NCBI GenBank assembly: GCA_963664875.1
Contig: OY761611.1
Location: 3,200,001-3,264,000, forward strand
DNA from: Candidatus Kapaibacterium sp.
Lineage (GTDB): Bacteria > Bacteroidota > Ignavibacteria > Kapaibacteriales > UBA2268
Direction: 5' to 3'
DNA length: 64,000 nucleotides
Position numbers and translations under genes: made by a program. The notes beneath the pieces were generated by a model. That model worked only from the letters and a program-made list of their open reading frames with translations, had not been told where the DNA came from and did no database searches. Below, one piece after another: positions 19,383 to 30,318 of the stretch (position 1 is its first letter; each line of letters begins with the position of its first letter).

Positions 19383-20021
19383 TTACTTACCGAAAATGCA
19401 CTTCTCCCAAAAATCAATGTAGCCTGTCTGCAAATCGTAGTAAGCTCCGACTATTGCTACTTTTTCTTCTAAAACAGCATTCCGCAAAATTTCGCTTTTG
19501 TTGTAGGCTTCTATCATCTGATTTTTAACATTTTCTTGTGCTGTGAGTATTTGCGTTTTCTGCTGGTTGGAGCTTTTGCCTTCAGCTTCTTCCACAGCCG
19601 GTTTGAGTTTTTCTATTAAAGGTATAAGCGATGGGATGTCTTTTTCGTTGCGTATAGCAGCCTGGACCATTCCGCAGTTTGAATGTCCCATTATTACAAG
19701 CAGCTTCACATCAAATGTTTTCACTGCAAAGTCTATACCTGCAATGGCATCTTCATTTGCCATATTCCCGGGATTTCGTAAAATAAATAAATCTCCGAGA
19801 GTAGCATCAAAGACATGATGAGACATCAATCGCGAATCTGCACAAGTTAATAAAATGATTGGAGGATTTTGATTAGCATAAGAATCCTCTCGCAATTTGC
19901 AGTAATCACGTTCCAGCAAATCGTCTTCAACAAATCGTTTATTGCCCTCGATTAAGGCATCTAATTCGGTGCCGACCTGCTCCGGCAAATCGGCGATACT
20001 CTTTAAATAGATATCGTCCAT
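19383..20021 (-). CDS. Beta-class carbonic anhydrase
   Basis: CADSR and GHSNCG zinc ligands, GDLFILRNPGN. Confidence 0.93.
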   Translation of the reverse strand: MDDIYLKSIADLPEQVGTELDALIEGNKRFVEDDLLERDYCKLREDSYANQNPPIILLTCADSRLMSHHVFDATLGDLFILRNPGNMANEDAIAGIDFAVKTFDVKLLVIMGHSNCGMVQAAIRNEKDIPSLIPLIEKLKPAVEEAEGKSSNQQKTQILTAQENVKNQMIEAYNKSEILRNAVLEEKVAIVGAYYDLQTGYIDFWEKCIFGK

Positions 20022-20022
20022 A

Positions 20023-21561
20023 CTATTTCCAGTACTCCCTGTCTAAACTTCTATATTGTATTGCTTCACTTATATGTTCACTTTTTATATTTTCAGCAGA
20101 TGCGAGGTCTGCTATTGTTCTGGCTACTTTCAAAATTCGGTCATAAGCCCTGGCAGACAGTCCGAGTTTAGTCATCGCCATTTTCAAAAGTTCCTTAGAG
20201 GCATCATCTAATTTACAAAATTCTCTAATTTCACTACTCGACATATCTGCATTTTTGAAAGATTTAGAGTTTTTGAACCTATCTTCCTGTAGCTTGCGAG
20301 CGTGAATTACTCTTCTTCTTACATCTGACGAATCTTCCCCTTTTCTGTTTGAGGATAATTCCTGGTATTTTACAGTCGGTACTTCGCAGTGGATATCTAT
20401 CCGGTCAAGTAATGGACCGGAAATCTTACCGGAATATCTTTGGATCTGCTGCGGTGTACAGGAACATTCTTTGACAGGGTCTCCGAAGTTTCCACATGGG
20501 CAGGGATTCATAGAGCACACAAGCATGAAGTTTGCCGGATATTCAACTGTCATTTTAGTTCTTGAGATTGAAATTCTCTTTTCTTCTAATGGCTGCCTCA
20601 GTACTTCGAGTACGTTCCTTGCAAATTCAGGTAATTCATCTAAAAATAAAACACCGTGATGAGAAAGTGAAATTTCTCCCGGTCTGATTTTGTTCATACC
20701 TCCACCTACTAATGCCGCATCCGAAATAGTATGATGAGGAGAGCGAAATGGTCGCACTGCTACAATTGCATCGCCTGCGGGAAGTAAACCGGCTACAGAA
20801 TGTATTTTGGTCGTCTCCAAGGATTCTTCTAAACTTAGGCCGGGAAGAATGGAAGGAATACGTTTTGCTAGCATTGTTTTTCCGGAGCCCGGCGGGCCTA
20901 TCATTAGCATATTGTGTCCGCCTGCAGCCGCTACTTCCAATGCTCTTTTTACATTTTCCTGCCCTTTGACGTCAGACAAATTATAAAGATAATCCTTTTC
21001 GCCTTCGCTAAATAGCTTTTCTATATCTACCTGTCTCGGAGCTATATCCAATTCACCGTTCAAATATCCTACAGCTTCACTAAGCGAAGACACAGGAATT
21101 ACTTCTAACTTATTGACCAAAGCAGCCTCGTCGGAGTTTTCTTCAGGCAATAGTATTCTCTTGAATTTTTCTTTTATCGCATCCAATGTAATAGAAAGAG
21201 TGCCGTGAATTGGTCGCAAAGTTCCGTCTAAAGCAAGTTCCCCGAGTATTACTGTTTCGCTGAGCAAATCCGCGCGAACTACTCCCATTGCAGATAGGAC
21301 ACCTATAGCAACAGGCAAATCAAAAGCACTGCCTTCTTTGCGTATATCTGCAGGGGCGAGATTTATAGTTATTCTTTTATTAGGGAATATAAAATTTGAA
21401 TTTTTAATTGCGGCAGAAACTCGTTCCCTCGATTCTTTCACTGCCGAATCCGGCAATCCTACAATCGACATAGCCGGAACAGCGTTATCCATGTGTGTTT
21501 CTATTTCAACAATAAAAGCATTTATTCCAAAAACAGAAGCAGAGTTCAATCGCGAATACAT
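20023..21561 (-). CDS. comM: YifB/ComM Mg-chelatase-like AAA+ ATPase
   Basis: GLPDSAVKES, NLAPAD, GPPGSGKT, PFRSPHH, FLDELPEF, NPCPCG, SGPLLDRID. Confidence 0.95.
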   Translation of the reverse strand: MYSRLNSASVFGINAFIVEIETHMDNAVPAMSIVGLPDSAVKESRERVSAAIKNSNFIFPNKRITINLAPADIRKEGSAFDLPVAIGVLSAMGVVRADLLSETVILGELALDGTLRPIHGTLSITLDAIKEKFKRILLPEENSDEAALVNKLEVIPVSSLSEAVGYLNGELDIAPRQVDIEKLFSEGEKDYLYNLSDVKGQENVKRALEVAAAGGHNMLMIGPPGSGKTMLAKRIPSILPGLSLEESLETTKIHSVAGLLPAGDAIVAVRPFRSPHHTISDAALVGGGMNKIRPGEISLSHHGVLFLDELPEFARNVLEVLRQPLEEKRISISRTKMTVEYPANFMLVCSMNPCPCGNFGDPVKECSCTPQQIQRYSGKISGPLLDRIDIHCEVPTVKYQELSSNRKGEDSSDVRRRVIHARKLQEDRFKNSKSFKNADMSSSEIREFCKLDDASKELLKMAMTKLGLSARAYDRILKVARTIADLASAENIKSEHISEAIQYRSLDREYWK

Positions 21562-21898
21562 AATGCCTCAAATTTATAGACTATGACTCATATAATAATG
21601 TAATAAAAATTAGGATACTATACAATATTTATTTAAACCCTAAACTCATTATTGATATACTTCTAAGGTAAGTAAAGATAAGCATCAACACAAAATTGTC
21701 AAAAGAACTAAAATACTCTAATAATTACATTGATCCGAAATTGTCAATGGAAGTCTCACTTGTTTGCTACTTCACATATCGTCTGCAAAGAAACAAGATA
21801 TAGACTATATTTGGTTTTAAAATGACTTTTTGGGGGGTAAAGAAGCATTTGAAACAACCTTAACAGTGTTTTTTGGGGGATCAAGCGACTCCAAACAA

Positions 21899-21930
21899 TA
21901 AAGGCTTTCTCCATAGATAAGAAAGCCTTT
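21899..21930 (-). terminator. Terminator after slyD
   Basis: aaaggctttct ... agaaagccttt inverted repeat. Confidence 0.7.
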
Positions 21931-21958
21931 ACATGATTTATTTATTTCAGCATTGAGA

Positions 21959-22384
21959 CTAAACAATTTCGACTAACTCGAGGTCAAAGATCAAATCTTT
22001 GCCGGCAAGTCCATGATTAGCATCAAGCATAATAGTATCTTCAGTTATTTCTTTAACAGTAACCGGGAATACATGACCTTGAGGATCATTCATAGTTAGC
22101 TGCATACCCACTTCAGGATTGATTTCTGCAGGAATTCTGTCTTTGCCGATGGGGAAAATCAATTCTTCACGATACGGACCGTAAGCATCATCCACAGGGA
22201 TTTCTACAGTTTTTTTATCGCCTATTTCCATACCTTCAATTCCGTTTTCAAATCCAGGAATAACCTGACCGCCACCAATAGCAAATTGGATAGGCTCTCT
22301 TCCTTCTGAAGAGTCAAATACTTCACCGGAAGTCAGTCTTCCTGTATAATGAACTCTTACTGTGTCCCCTTGTTTTGCACTCAT
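21959..22384 (-). CDS. slyD: FKBP-type peptidyl-prolyl isomerase (SlyD/SlpA-like)
   Basis: GDTVRVHYTG, FDSS, GQVIPGFE, DANHGLAGKDLIF; ATG 22384 with AGGAG SD. Confidence 0.92.
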   Translation of the reverse strand: MSAKQGDTVRVHYTGRLTSGEVFDSSEGREPIQFAIGGGQVIPGFENGIEGMEIGDKKTVEIPVDDAYGPYREELIFPIGKDRIPAEINPEVGMQLTMNDPQGHVFPVTVKEITEDTIMLDANHGLAGKDLIFDLELVEIV

Positions 22385-22394
22385 AGCATTTCTC

Positions 22395-23270
22395 CTAATC
22401 TTGTTTTTGTGTAAAATTGACAATTAAACCTACCACAATAAGCATCAACCCCAAGACTGCAGACATTTCTATCGCCTCTTTTAACACTGCATTTATCAAG
22501 ATAAGTGACAGAAAAGGGGACAAATAAATTATATTACTTATTTTCGCAGTATTATTTGAGTAATATAAGGCTTTTCCCCATAATATAAAAGTAAAGCCCA
22601 TTTCAAAAGCACCTATGTAGGCTGAATATAATATCAATTTTGTATTAAAAGTAAGCATATCAGGCTCAATCAGAGAGTATATCAGCAAAAAAAGGAAAGA
22701 AACAAAAAAGTTCCAAAATAGCTTTTCTTTTTCCTCACGTCGATCTTTCATGTTGATTATCCAATAAATTGCCCAAAGAAAAGCACTCCCGAAAGCAAGC
22801 AAATATCCAAAGGGATTCTTATCGCCTGACTCATTTGTGCTTCCAAAAATCACAAAAGCAGTACCACAAAAACTAATCATAATTCCCAGAAGAGACATCA
22901 TTCGTAGCTTTCTCCTGAATACTATAGCTGAAACAACAGCAAGAATTATTCCCCATGAGTAATTTATTATCTGTGCGTGTGCAGCCGGAAGCAAATCGTA
23001 GGAATTAAACAGAACAATATAGTAAACAAACGGATTTATCAACCCCGGAAGAAGTGAAGACCTAATATTCTTTATTGTCTCTGCTTTCCGGTATTTCCTA
23101 ATATTTGGATAATTTACTATCGCTAAAAATAGCAACGAAAATAGTGAAGCATAAAAAACAAGGCTAATCGGAGAACCATGCTCCAATGCAAGTTTAAAGG
23201 CAGTTGCAACTGTTGACCAGGCTAAAATAGCTAGCAAAGCAAATACAATTGCTTTATTATCATTTTGCAT
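22395..23270 (-). CDS. DMT/EamA family transporter
   Basis: About 10 TM segments in duplicated halves; WSTVATAFK, GAFEMGFTF. Confidence 0.92.
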   Translation of the reverse strand: MQNDNKAIVFALLAILAWSTVATAFKLALEHGSPISLVFYASLFSLLFLAIVNYPNIRKYRKAETIKNIRSSLLPGLINPFVYYIVLFNSYDLLPAAHAQIINYSWGIILAVVSAIVFRRKLRMMSLLGIMISFCGTAFVIFGSTNESGDKNPFGYLLAFGSAFLWAIYWIINMKDRREEKEKLFWNFFVSFLFLLIYSLIEPDMLTFNTKLILYSAYIGAFEMGFTFILWGKALYYSNNTAKISNIIYLSPFLSLILINAVLKEAIEMSAVLGLMLIVVGLIVNFTQKQD

Positions 23271-23596
23271 AAATCAATATACCTGATGTATAAAACGTCA
23301 ATCTCATAGTTTTGCTAAAACTAAGAAAGAAAAATGGGAAAAAAGAATAAAAGTTTGGACAAATTAAAGTGCAAAGGCACTTTGTGTGAAGGCAAATGTA
23401 ATGGTGCCTGCAAGAAAAAAGTTAAAAAGAAAAAATAAGCAAATTTGCACTCCTTGCTTGGAGCAGTGTATTATAGCAGTGGATTTAATATTATCCCAGA
23501 TTTTCATTAGAACTCTAAAATACCTGCAATTTCCATTTTTGCAAAGAAGAATTCAATTCGTAAATCTAAGAAAAACTTACAAATTGTATCTTTGAA

Positions 23597-24049
23597 GAGG
23601 CTGTCTCATAAGTACCCTCTATATTTTATTAGACTTATTTCGTGCGAAAAATATTAATACAATAGGAGGCTGAAAGCCTCAAATATATTAGCCCGGGGCA
23701 ACGCCCCGGGAAAGATAAGTCATTGTAATATAGAGCCCTGTAAGGGCGACAAGCTTGGAGCTGTCTCATAAGTATCCTCTATATTTTATTAGACTTATTT
23801 CGTGCGAAAAATATTAATACAATAGGAGGCTGAAAGCCTCAAATATATTAGCCCGGGGCAACGCCCCGGGAAAGATAAGTCATTGAAATATAGAGCCCTG
23901 TAAGGGCGACCAGCTTGAGACGCTAAAGGTCACTGAGCGAGTGAAACGAGCCGAAGTGTGAGTCTCAACATTTTGCTTAACTCAGATCACATACTGTATT
24001 GAGTAATCGTCAAGATAATATAGATTGTTTTGATTTATGAGACAGCCTC
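23597..24049. mobile_element. MITE-like element with tandemly duplicated left part (23597-23756 plus 23757-24049)
   Basis: Two left ends (gaggctgtctcataa 23597, ggagctgtctcataa 23757) and one right end ttatgagacagcctc 24035-24049; near-identical to 18941-19204. Confidence 0.85.
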
Positions 24050-24244
24050 TGGCACGTCGAAGACGTGACGGTACTATTGCATCATAGATATAAATAGCTA
24101 TACTTAAATTAGTTATGTAATTTTGAAATATTTATAGCTAACACATGGCTAACACTTATATCTTTACACTATTGGCATTTAAGGTCTTAAGCTTGCCTTC
24201 TTTGTATCTCAATTTACAAAATATTTACAAAAGTCTATTATATT

Positions 24245-24279
24245 AAAAGCGATTAGAATTTAGCACTCTAATCGCTTTT
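24245..24279 (-). terminator. Terminator
   Basis: aaaagcgattaga ... tctaatcgctttt inverted repeat. Confidence 0.75.
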
Positions 24280-24298
24280 ATCTATCTGAAAATAAATA

Positions 24299-25630
24299 TT
24301 ACCTTACATTTAAGATTTTGCCGGTGGAAACTAATATGTCGCCGCAGTTTACTATATAAACGTAAGCTCCTGAGTTTAGATTAAGTAGATTTATAGGTGT
24401 TGATATACTTTGACTTATAGTGTTTATATCTTCCTCTAATATGATTTTACCGTCTAAGGAAGCTATGGTTAAGTCATATTGTCTATGTTTTGGATCGTTT
24501 ATCTCTATGAAGAAGTCTGTTTGGCTTTGGTATGGTATGATTTCTATTTCTTCTAATATATTTTCGTTTACTCCTGAGTACTCTTCATACCTGTATATAC
24601 CGCAAGCTTGCCCCCAAATGATTGGATACTCACCGCACATTGTGCTAGACCAGAAGGCTGATAACCAATATTGTCTCGGCCCATTATGATATTCCCAGGT
24701 TTCTCCTCCATTAGAAGTAAGTATAACTTTGCCTCCTGGTCCAAAAGCCATTCCATTTAAACTATCTGAGAAATGAACACGTTCTAATCCCCACATTGGC
24801 TCTTTACAATTTTCGAAGATAATATTCCAATTTTTTCCGGTATCTGTACTTCTCCAGATAACATCATCTGACCAATTTGTAGAATCATTATCTTGTCTTC
24901 CAACTCCAAATAGAAGACTATCGTTGATAAAACATATATCATTGATGCTTTTTGTAATTTCTCCTTCAGGAGCTGGAATCATAGGACTGTACTCTTCGAG
25001 CTGGTCAGTATATATATTATATACCATAAAAGAATTGCTATAAGCACTACTTTTATTCATAACAACATGAGCAGAATCAATAAAAAACATAGGTGCAGAG
25101 TAATATGTTGTATCTGCATAGTTGTATCTGAAAACTTTGTAAGTTTCCCAATTATCGGTTGTTGAAGCAATGTTGTAATATGAGACTGCAGCACCAATGT
25201 TTTTATTATACATAGAAATACATCTAAAATTATCATATTTATCTGCAGAAAGTTCTCCGAATTCAACCCTCTTAAATGATTTTCCTCCATCAGTACTTCT
25301 ATCTATAATTGCTCTCTCAACAAAAGAGAAGTAAATATTGCTTGTGTCAGAACAAAAACATGCTCTACCTACATTTCCAACTGAATCGTTATGTTCTATT
25401 GAATTATATTCATATATGCAATTCCAAGTGTTACCTGCATCATTTGTATTATAAATTTTAATAACTCCAATATTGGTGGTCATTGCTACCACTGTATTTG
25501 AATCGAGAGAAAACATAGCGGAAGCATCTTCATTATATACGTAGTGCTTCTTTCTCCATGCTTTTTTTGAAGTAGCAATATTTGGAATAAGAAATAATAA
25601 AGTAAGAATAAGTATAAAAATATTTCGCAT
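24299..25630 (-). CDS. Secreted BNR/Asp-box (YCF48-like) propeller protein with T9SS type A CTD
   Basis: Signal peptide; STDGGKSF, STDTGKNW, TSNGGETW Asp boxes; C-term LNSGAYVY..TGKILNVR. Confidence 0.82.
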   Translation of the reverse strand: MRNIFILILTLLFLIPNIATSKKAWRKKHYVYNEDASAMFSLDSNTVVAMTTNIGVIKIYNTNDAGNTWNCIYEYNSIEHNDSVGNVGRACFCSDTSNIYFSFVERAIIDRSTDGGKSFKRVEFGELSADKYDNFRCISMYNKNIGAAVSYYNIASTTDNWETYKVFRYNYADTTYYSAPMFFIDSAHVVMNKSSAYSNSFMVYNIYTDQLEEYSPMIPAPEGEITKSINDICFINDSLLFGVGRQDNDSTNWSDDVIWRSTDTGKNWNIIFENCKEPMWGLERVHFSDSLNGMAFGPGGKVILTSNGGETWEYHNGPRQYWLSAFWSSTMCGEYPIIWGQACGIYRYEEYSGVNENILEEIEIIPYQSQTDFFIEINDPKHRQYDLTIASLDGKIILEEDINTISQSISTPINLLNLNSGAYVYIVNCGDILVSTGKILNVR

Positions 25631-25653
25631 TGGTTGGTTCTCCGTATCATAAG

Positions 25654-25685
25654 ATGCACTGAGTAGAATTAACTACTCAGTGCAT
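25654..25685 (-). terminator. Perfect hairpin between the two T9SS-cargo ORFs
   Basis: atgcactgagtag-aattaa-ctactcagtgcat. Confidence 0.6.
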
Positions 25686-25705
25686 TAAATATCAATATAT
25701 AAATG

Positions 25706-26206
25706 TTATTTTACAATAACAAATTTACCGGTATTGACTTCTTTATCAGAAGATATTACGCTATAAACATAAGTACCCGAATTCAGCTTAGAAATATCAA
25801 TATTTACAACTTGATATTTACCTGTCAAATTTATATCAGAACTAATTAGTTCCTGACCAAGTAAATTAAACACTTTAAATACTATATTTCCTGCTTGTGA
25901 TTCCGCTATAGTTAGTGTAAGTTTATCAATATCCTGTTTCACCTGATACATCATATAGAATTCAGTATCAGAAAGGCTAATTCTAGGCTGACCAATATAT
26001 ATAAATTTTGACTTTCCTTCATCATAAGGCTTATAAACATCCTCTCTGAAGTCACTCACACTAACGTGATTATTGTAAATATCACAACCTTTTTGATAGC
26101 ATCCGTTTGAAATATTGTTATCTAATGGTGGATAAAAATCGTAAGGATTAGGATATGTTGCGTCATCGCATGAATAACCATTTTTGGGATTATCAAATCC
26201 ATGCTT
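25706..26206 (-). pseudogene. 5'-truncated remnant of a T9SS-sorted protein
   Basis: Frame open from a TAG just after the lon terminator with no start or signal peptide; ends in CTD VFNLLGQEL..LNSGTYVY..TGKFVIVK. Confidence 0.65.
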
Positions 26207-26216
26207 CTATTTGTAA

Positions 26217-26253
26217 ACAAAGCTCACCAGATTAGTCTCCAAGTGAGCTTTGT
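26217..26253 (-). terminator. lon terminator
   Basis: acaaagctcac ... gtgagctttgt inverted repeat. Confidence 0.7.
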
Positions 26254-26274
26254 TTGTATTAGTATTGTTTGAGT

Positions 26275-28773
26275 CTATATTGATTCGTTTTTTTTAGTTG
26301 CTTTCAAAAGCGGCGTTTCATCACTGTTCCATCTGACAAAAGCATGCTGCAGAGCATCTTCGATTTTCGAAACAGGTATAATTTCTAAACCGTCTTTTAT
26401 TTCTGATGCAATGTCCTCTACGTCTCTTATGTTATCCTCCGGTACAAGCACAGTTTTGATGCCCATACGTTTGGCTGCAAGTAACTTTTCTTTAAGTCCT
26501 CCAATTGGAAGCACATTCCCTCTAAGTGTAACTTCACCTGTCATTGCCACATCGCCGCGTAGTGCTTTGCCTGTCAACGCCGAGATAAGAGCTAAAGTCA
26601 TAGTTATACCGGCAGAAGGTCCGTCTTTAGGAATAGCACCTTCGGGTACGTGAATATGTATTTCATTTTTAGAATTAAAACCGGCTTTGATTCCGAAAGT
26701 CTTGTGATTGGCTCTAATATAAGAAAGAGCAGCCATACCGGATTCTTTCATTACGTCGCCGAGCTTACCTGTCAGAGTTAGCCTTTCAGGGCCTGGCATG
26801 ATATTGACTTCAATAGGCAAAATATCTCCACCCACACTTGTCCAAGCCAACCCGGTAGCTACGCCAACTTTATCGCTTAGGTTTTCGCGTTTATTTTTGT
26901 ATTTCGGAGCTTTTAGATATTCTTCTATCTTAGATTCATCAATCACAAAGGAAGATTTTTTTATCATCGCTTTGAATTCTTTATCATCTTTCAAAGCTAC
27001 ACGCTCTTTGCTGCTACCGTTTTTGCGAACTTTCTCGAAATCGCTTATTACACCTTTAGCAAATTTTCTCAGCACTCCTCCGATTTCTCTTTCAAGATTA
27101 CGGACTCCCGCTTCGCGGGTATATTGATTGATAAGTTTGAGTAATGCCTCATCTTTGAAATCGATGTTAAAGTTATCCAAACCGTATTCCGTAATAACTT
27201 TAGGTATTATATGTCTTTTGGCAATTTCTAATTTTTCCGGTTCCAGATAGCTGTGCAGCTCAATAATTTCCATTCTGTCAAGAAGCGGAAGCGGAATATC
27301 GTACTTTACGTTTGCAGTAGTAATAAAAAGCACATTGGACAAATCGTAATCTATTTCGATATAGTGGTCATTGAAATTGACATTTTGCTCAGGGTCAAGC
27401 ACTTCAAGCAAAGCTGAAGTTGGGTCGCCTCTGAAATCCATAGCCATCTTATCTATTTCATCTAAAAGAATCACGGGATTTACCGTGCCGGCTTTTTTCA
27501 TCGACTGCATGATTTTGCCTGGCATAGCACCGATATATGTTCGTCTGTGTCCTCTGATTTCGGCTTCATCACGCACTCCGCCCAGAGAAAATCTTACAAA
27601 TTTTCTACCAAGAGCTCGAGCTATTGATTTCGCAAGTGAAGTTTTACCAACACCCGGAGGGCCTACAAAGCAGAGGATTTGTTTTTTTAGATTGCCTACG
27701 AGGTTTAGTATTGCTATGTATTCGAGTATTCTGTCTTTTGGTTTATCTAAAGCATAGTGATCTTCGTTCAATATCTCTTTTACATGATCTATATCAAGAT
27801 TATCATCAGTCCTCTCTTGCCAGGGCAGAGCAGTCAGCATTTCGAGATAAGTCCTATTTACTGAGTACTCCGGAGACATGGTAGGAGTTTTTTTGAGTTT
27901 TTCGAACTCTTCCAGTGCTTTAGCTTTTATTTCTTCCGGCATTCCGGCTTTTTCTATCATCTCTTTGATTCCGGCGAGTTCCGGTACTACTTCATCGTCC
28001 TCACCAAGCTCATTTTGCAAGGCTCGAATTTGCTCTTGTATATAGAATTTTTTTTGTGTTTTTTGAATAGTGTCATGAATTTTAGAATCAATTTCATCTT
28101 CAAGTTCGAGGAGTTCGAGCTCAGAGCTCAAAATCGAAGCAAGCTTGAAATATTGTTTTTTGAGGAAACGTTCTTCCAAAATTTCCTGTTTGACTGCAAT
28201 TTTTGATTTAATATTTGCCGCAGCATAATACAGTTTGCGAACAGGATCATCAATATTATCAAATGCCGTCATGATTTCAGGCGGCATGTTGCGATTTGTT
28301 TTGATATATTCGTCAAACAAATCCGTAGTGTGACGGATTAGAGCCTGAAGCTCTTTGTTGTTTTCATTGTATTTGACATCTACTCTTTTGATTTTGGCTT
28401 CGAGGTATTCATCGTGGTTAATCTTTTTTTCGATTTTTCCTTGGAAAATCCCCTCAACAAGCACTTTTAGCAGATTGTTTGGCAGTCTGAGTACCTGAAG
28501 TATTTTGCAGGTTGTGCCGTATTGGTAAATATCTTCAAAACCTGCATCTTCCACAAGCGGATCTATCTGAGACGCTACAAATATAAATTTATCTCTCTCG
28601 ACCGCCTCAGCGACAGCCTTTAGAGAGGAATTCCTTCCAATCAGTACCGGAAATATCATATTTGGGAATATGATCAAATCCCTAAGAGGCAGCACGGTTA
28701 GTTTTTCCGGGATGCTTGTGTTTTCTTTGTCCGTAATTTCCAAATTGTTCAATAAATCTTCTTTTTCTGACAT
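26275..28773 (-). CDS. lon: ATP-dependent protease La
   Basis: LPLRD N-domain, GPPGVGKTS, LLDEIDK, PKDGPSAG, GGLKEK; ATG 28773. Confidence 0.98.
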   Translation of the reverse strand: MSEKEDLLNNLEITDKENTSIPEKLTVLPLRDLIIFPNMIFPVLIGRNSSLKAVAEAVERDKFIFVASQIDPLVEDAGFEDIYQYGTTCKILQVLRLPNNLLKVLVEGIFQGKIEKKINHDEYLEAKIKRVDVKYNENNKELQALIRHTTDLFDEYIKTNRNMPPEIMTAFDNIDDPVRKLYYAAANIKSKIAVKQEILEERFLKKQYFKLASILSSELELLELEDEIDSKIHDTIQKTQKKFYIQEQIRALQNELGEDDEVVPELAGIKEMIEKAGMPEEIKAKALEEFEKLKKTPTMSPEYSVNRTYLEMLTALPWQERTDDNLDIDHVKEILNEDHYALDKPKDRILEYIAILNLVGNLKKQILCFVGPPGVGKTSLAKSIARALGRKFVRFSLGGVRDEAEIRGHRRTYIGAMPGKIMQSMKKAGTVNPVILLDEIDKMAMDFRGDPTSALLEVLDPEQNVNFNDHYIEIDYDLSNVLFITTANVKYDIPLPLLDRMEIIELHSYLEPEKLEIAKRHIIPKVITEYGLDNFNIDFKDEALLKLINQYTREAGVRNLEREIGGVLRKFAKGVISDFEKVRKNGSSKERVALKDDKEFKAMIKKSSFVIDESKIEEYLKAPKYKNKRENLSDKVGVATGLAWTSVGGDILPIEVNIMPGPERLTLTGKLGDVMKESGMAALSYIRANHKTFGIKAGFNSKNEIHIHVPEGAIPKDGPSAGITMTLALISALTGKALRGDVAMTGEVTLRGNVLPIGGLKEKLLAAKRMGIKTVLVPEDNIRDVEDIASEIKDGLEIIPVSKIEDALQHAFVRWNSDETPLLKATKKNESI

Positions 28774-28855
28774 TATCCACCTTTTTTCTGATTGCTGTCT
28801 GTTCTCTAAATAAAATATGTACAAAAAACCTTTCCGTTTTTTGGTGCGATTAAGT

Positions 28856-30157
28856 CTAATAGTCTATTCGTTTTATAGCATAGGAATGACCATCTATAGG
28901 TTTTTCCAATTTATAAGCTATAAACGTAATAATTCTGTTTTTCGGCAAATCTATTTCTCTTACATTCGAAAGAGTGTCGTTGTTCTCATTTCGTAGTGTA
29001 AAGTTATATTTTTCAGCTTCAATTTCCAAAAAGTCGCTTGATTCTTTGCTGTTTACATTACTTATCAGAGAACTCTCAAAATTGAAAAGACTGATGACAG
29101 GAAGATCTGTCATATTAATCAGTCTGATTTTCGATTTGCCGAATGCAGGATAAGTAGTATTATCATCAAAGACTTTGAAGGTATTTGTTTCGCCGTCTTT
29201 GTAGGCGATAAATGTTTTTCTTAAATCTTCGCCAAGATCCAAATCAAAATTGAATACAGAAGTCGTAGTATTTCTGTAAAATACCGAAATGCTGTTTGTA
29301 TTCTTATTGCCGATAATATAATTCGAGTTTTCTGCAAAATTGATGGAAGCGCCTTTGACGCCGTTCACATAAACATCTACACTGTCAGCAGATGACAACA
29401 TATTGACTGCTAAAACTTTCGGTACAGGTTGTTTCATTTCAATATACTGCCCCGGTTCGTCGTTTGAGGAGAGAAATGCTCTTGCAAAAAGAGTCTGATT
29501 AAGATTGGCATTATCCCCAAATAAAGAAATATAATAAACTTTACCTGCTTCGAGATAAATGGGGTCATATTCTACATATACACCGGAGCCGTCTGTTTTA
29601 GTAATTGTAAATTTATGATTGCCCTCATCTAATGCATAGCTGTTAATAATCTCTTTGTTGCCGTAAGGAATACTGTCAAAAAGGATTTCACCGGCTTCGT
29701 TTCCAAGTCTAAAATCAAGTTCAGGAGAGCCAAACACAAAATTAAAGAATCTGATATCCGCCTTAGACGGGTCAGAATTTGCTATGTCAGCGACATAATA
29801 TGTGTAGCTTGTGTCTAAAGTTCTTTTGAGTAAATACAAAGTGTGATGTTTTTTATCTTTATTAAATTTGATTAAGTCACGAAATATAATATTATTCCCG
29901 TTTTTGAATGTATATATGCTTGCTACAGTATCCATTTCCTTATAATTAGTTAAAGATGCATAGGCAATACTCGATTGGAACACTTCATAATCAACAGTAA
30001 GAGAAACGTCCCTATTGTCTATGTCTGCATTCAAAATACGTATATGCAGCATTTGGTCTGCAGACGTAGGTGGCATAGCCGGATCTGTTATGCTACATGA
30101 AACCAACGAACCAACTGCCAGCAAAACGAGAAATATTCTATAATAAATACTATTCAT
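28856..30157 (-). CDS. DUF4397-like repeat lipoprotein
   Basis: Lipobox LVSC; four repeats beginning IRILNA/IRFFNF/VLAVNM/IRLINM. Confidence 0.75.
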   Translation of the reverse strand: MNSIYYRIFLVLLAVGSLVSCSITDPAMPPTSADQMLHIRILNADIDNRDVSLTVDYEVFQSSIAYASLTNYKEMDTVASIYTFKNGNNIIFRDLIKFNKDKKHHTLYLLKRTLDTSYTYYVADIANSDPSKADIRFFNFVFGSPELDFRLGNEAGEILFDSIPYGNKEIINSYALDEGNHKFTITKTDGSGVYVEYDPIYLEAGKVYYISLFGDNANLNQTLFARAFLSSNDEPGQYIEMKQPVPKVLAVNMLSSADSVDVYVNGVKGASINFAENSNYIIGNKNTNSISVFYRNTTTSVFNFDLDLGEDLRKTFIAYKDGETNTFKVFDDNTTYPAFGKSKIRLINMTDLPVISLFNFESSLISNVNSKESSDFLEIEAEKYNFTLRNENNDTLSNVREIDLPKNRIITFIAYKLEKPIDGHSYAIKRIDY

Positions 30158-30318
30158 CTCAGAGTTCCTTTTTTTTTATAATATCTATTGTACAAATATT
30201 ATAGACTCGAAAAATACTAAAAAGTGTAAAGACTTTTTTTGCAAAATAACTTATTTCGATGTAAATATTAAGTATTATTTGGATTTGACTGCAATTTGAG
30301 TCAGGTAAACCGAAGAAA

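Noticed and set aside
18941-24049. Composite transposon carrying carbonic anhydrase-comM-slyD-DMT between two MITEs
   Set aside because: The cargo is ordinary housekeeping, and I see no target duplication or transposase; independent insertions are simpler.
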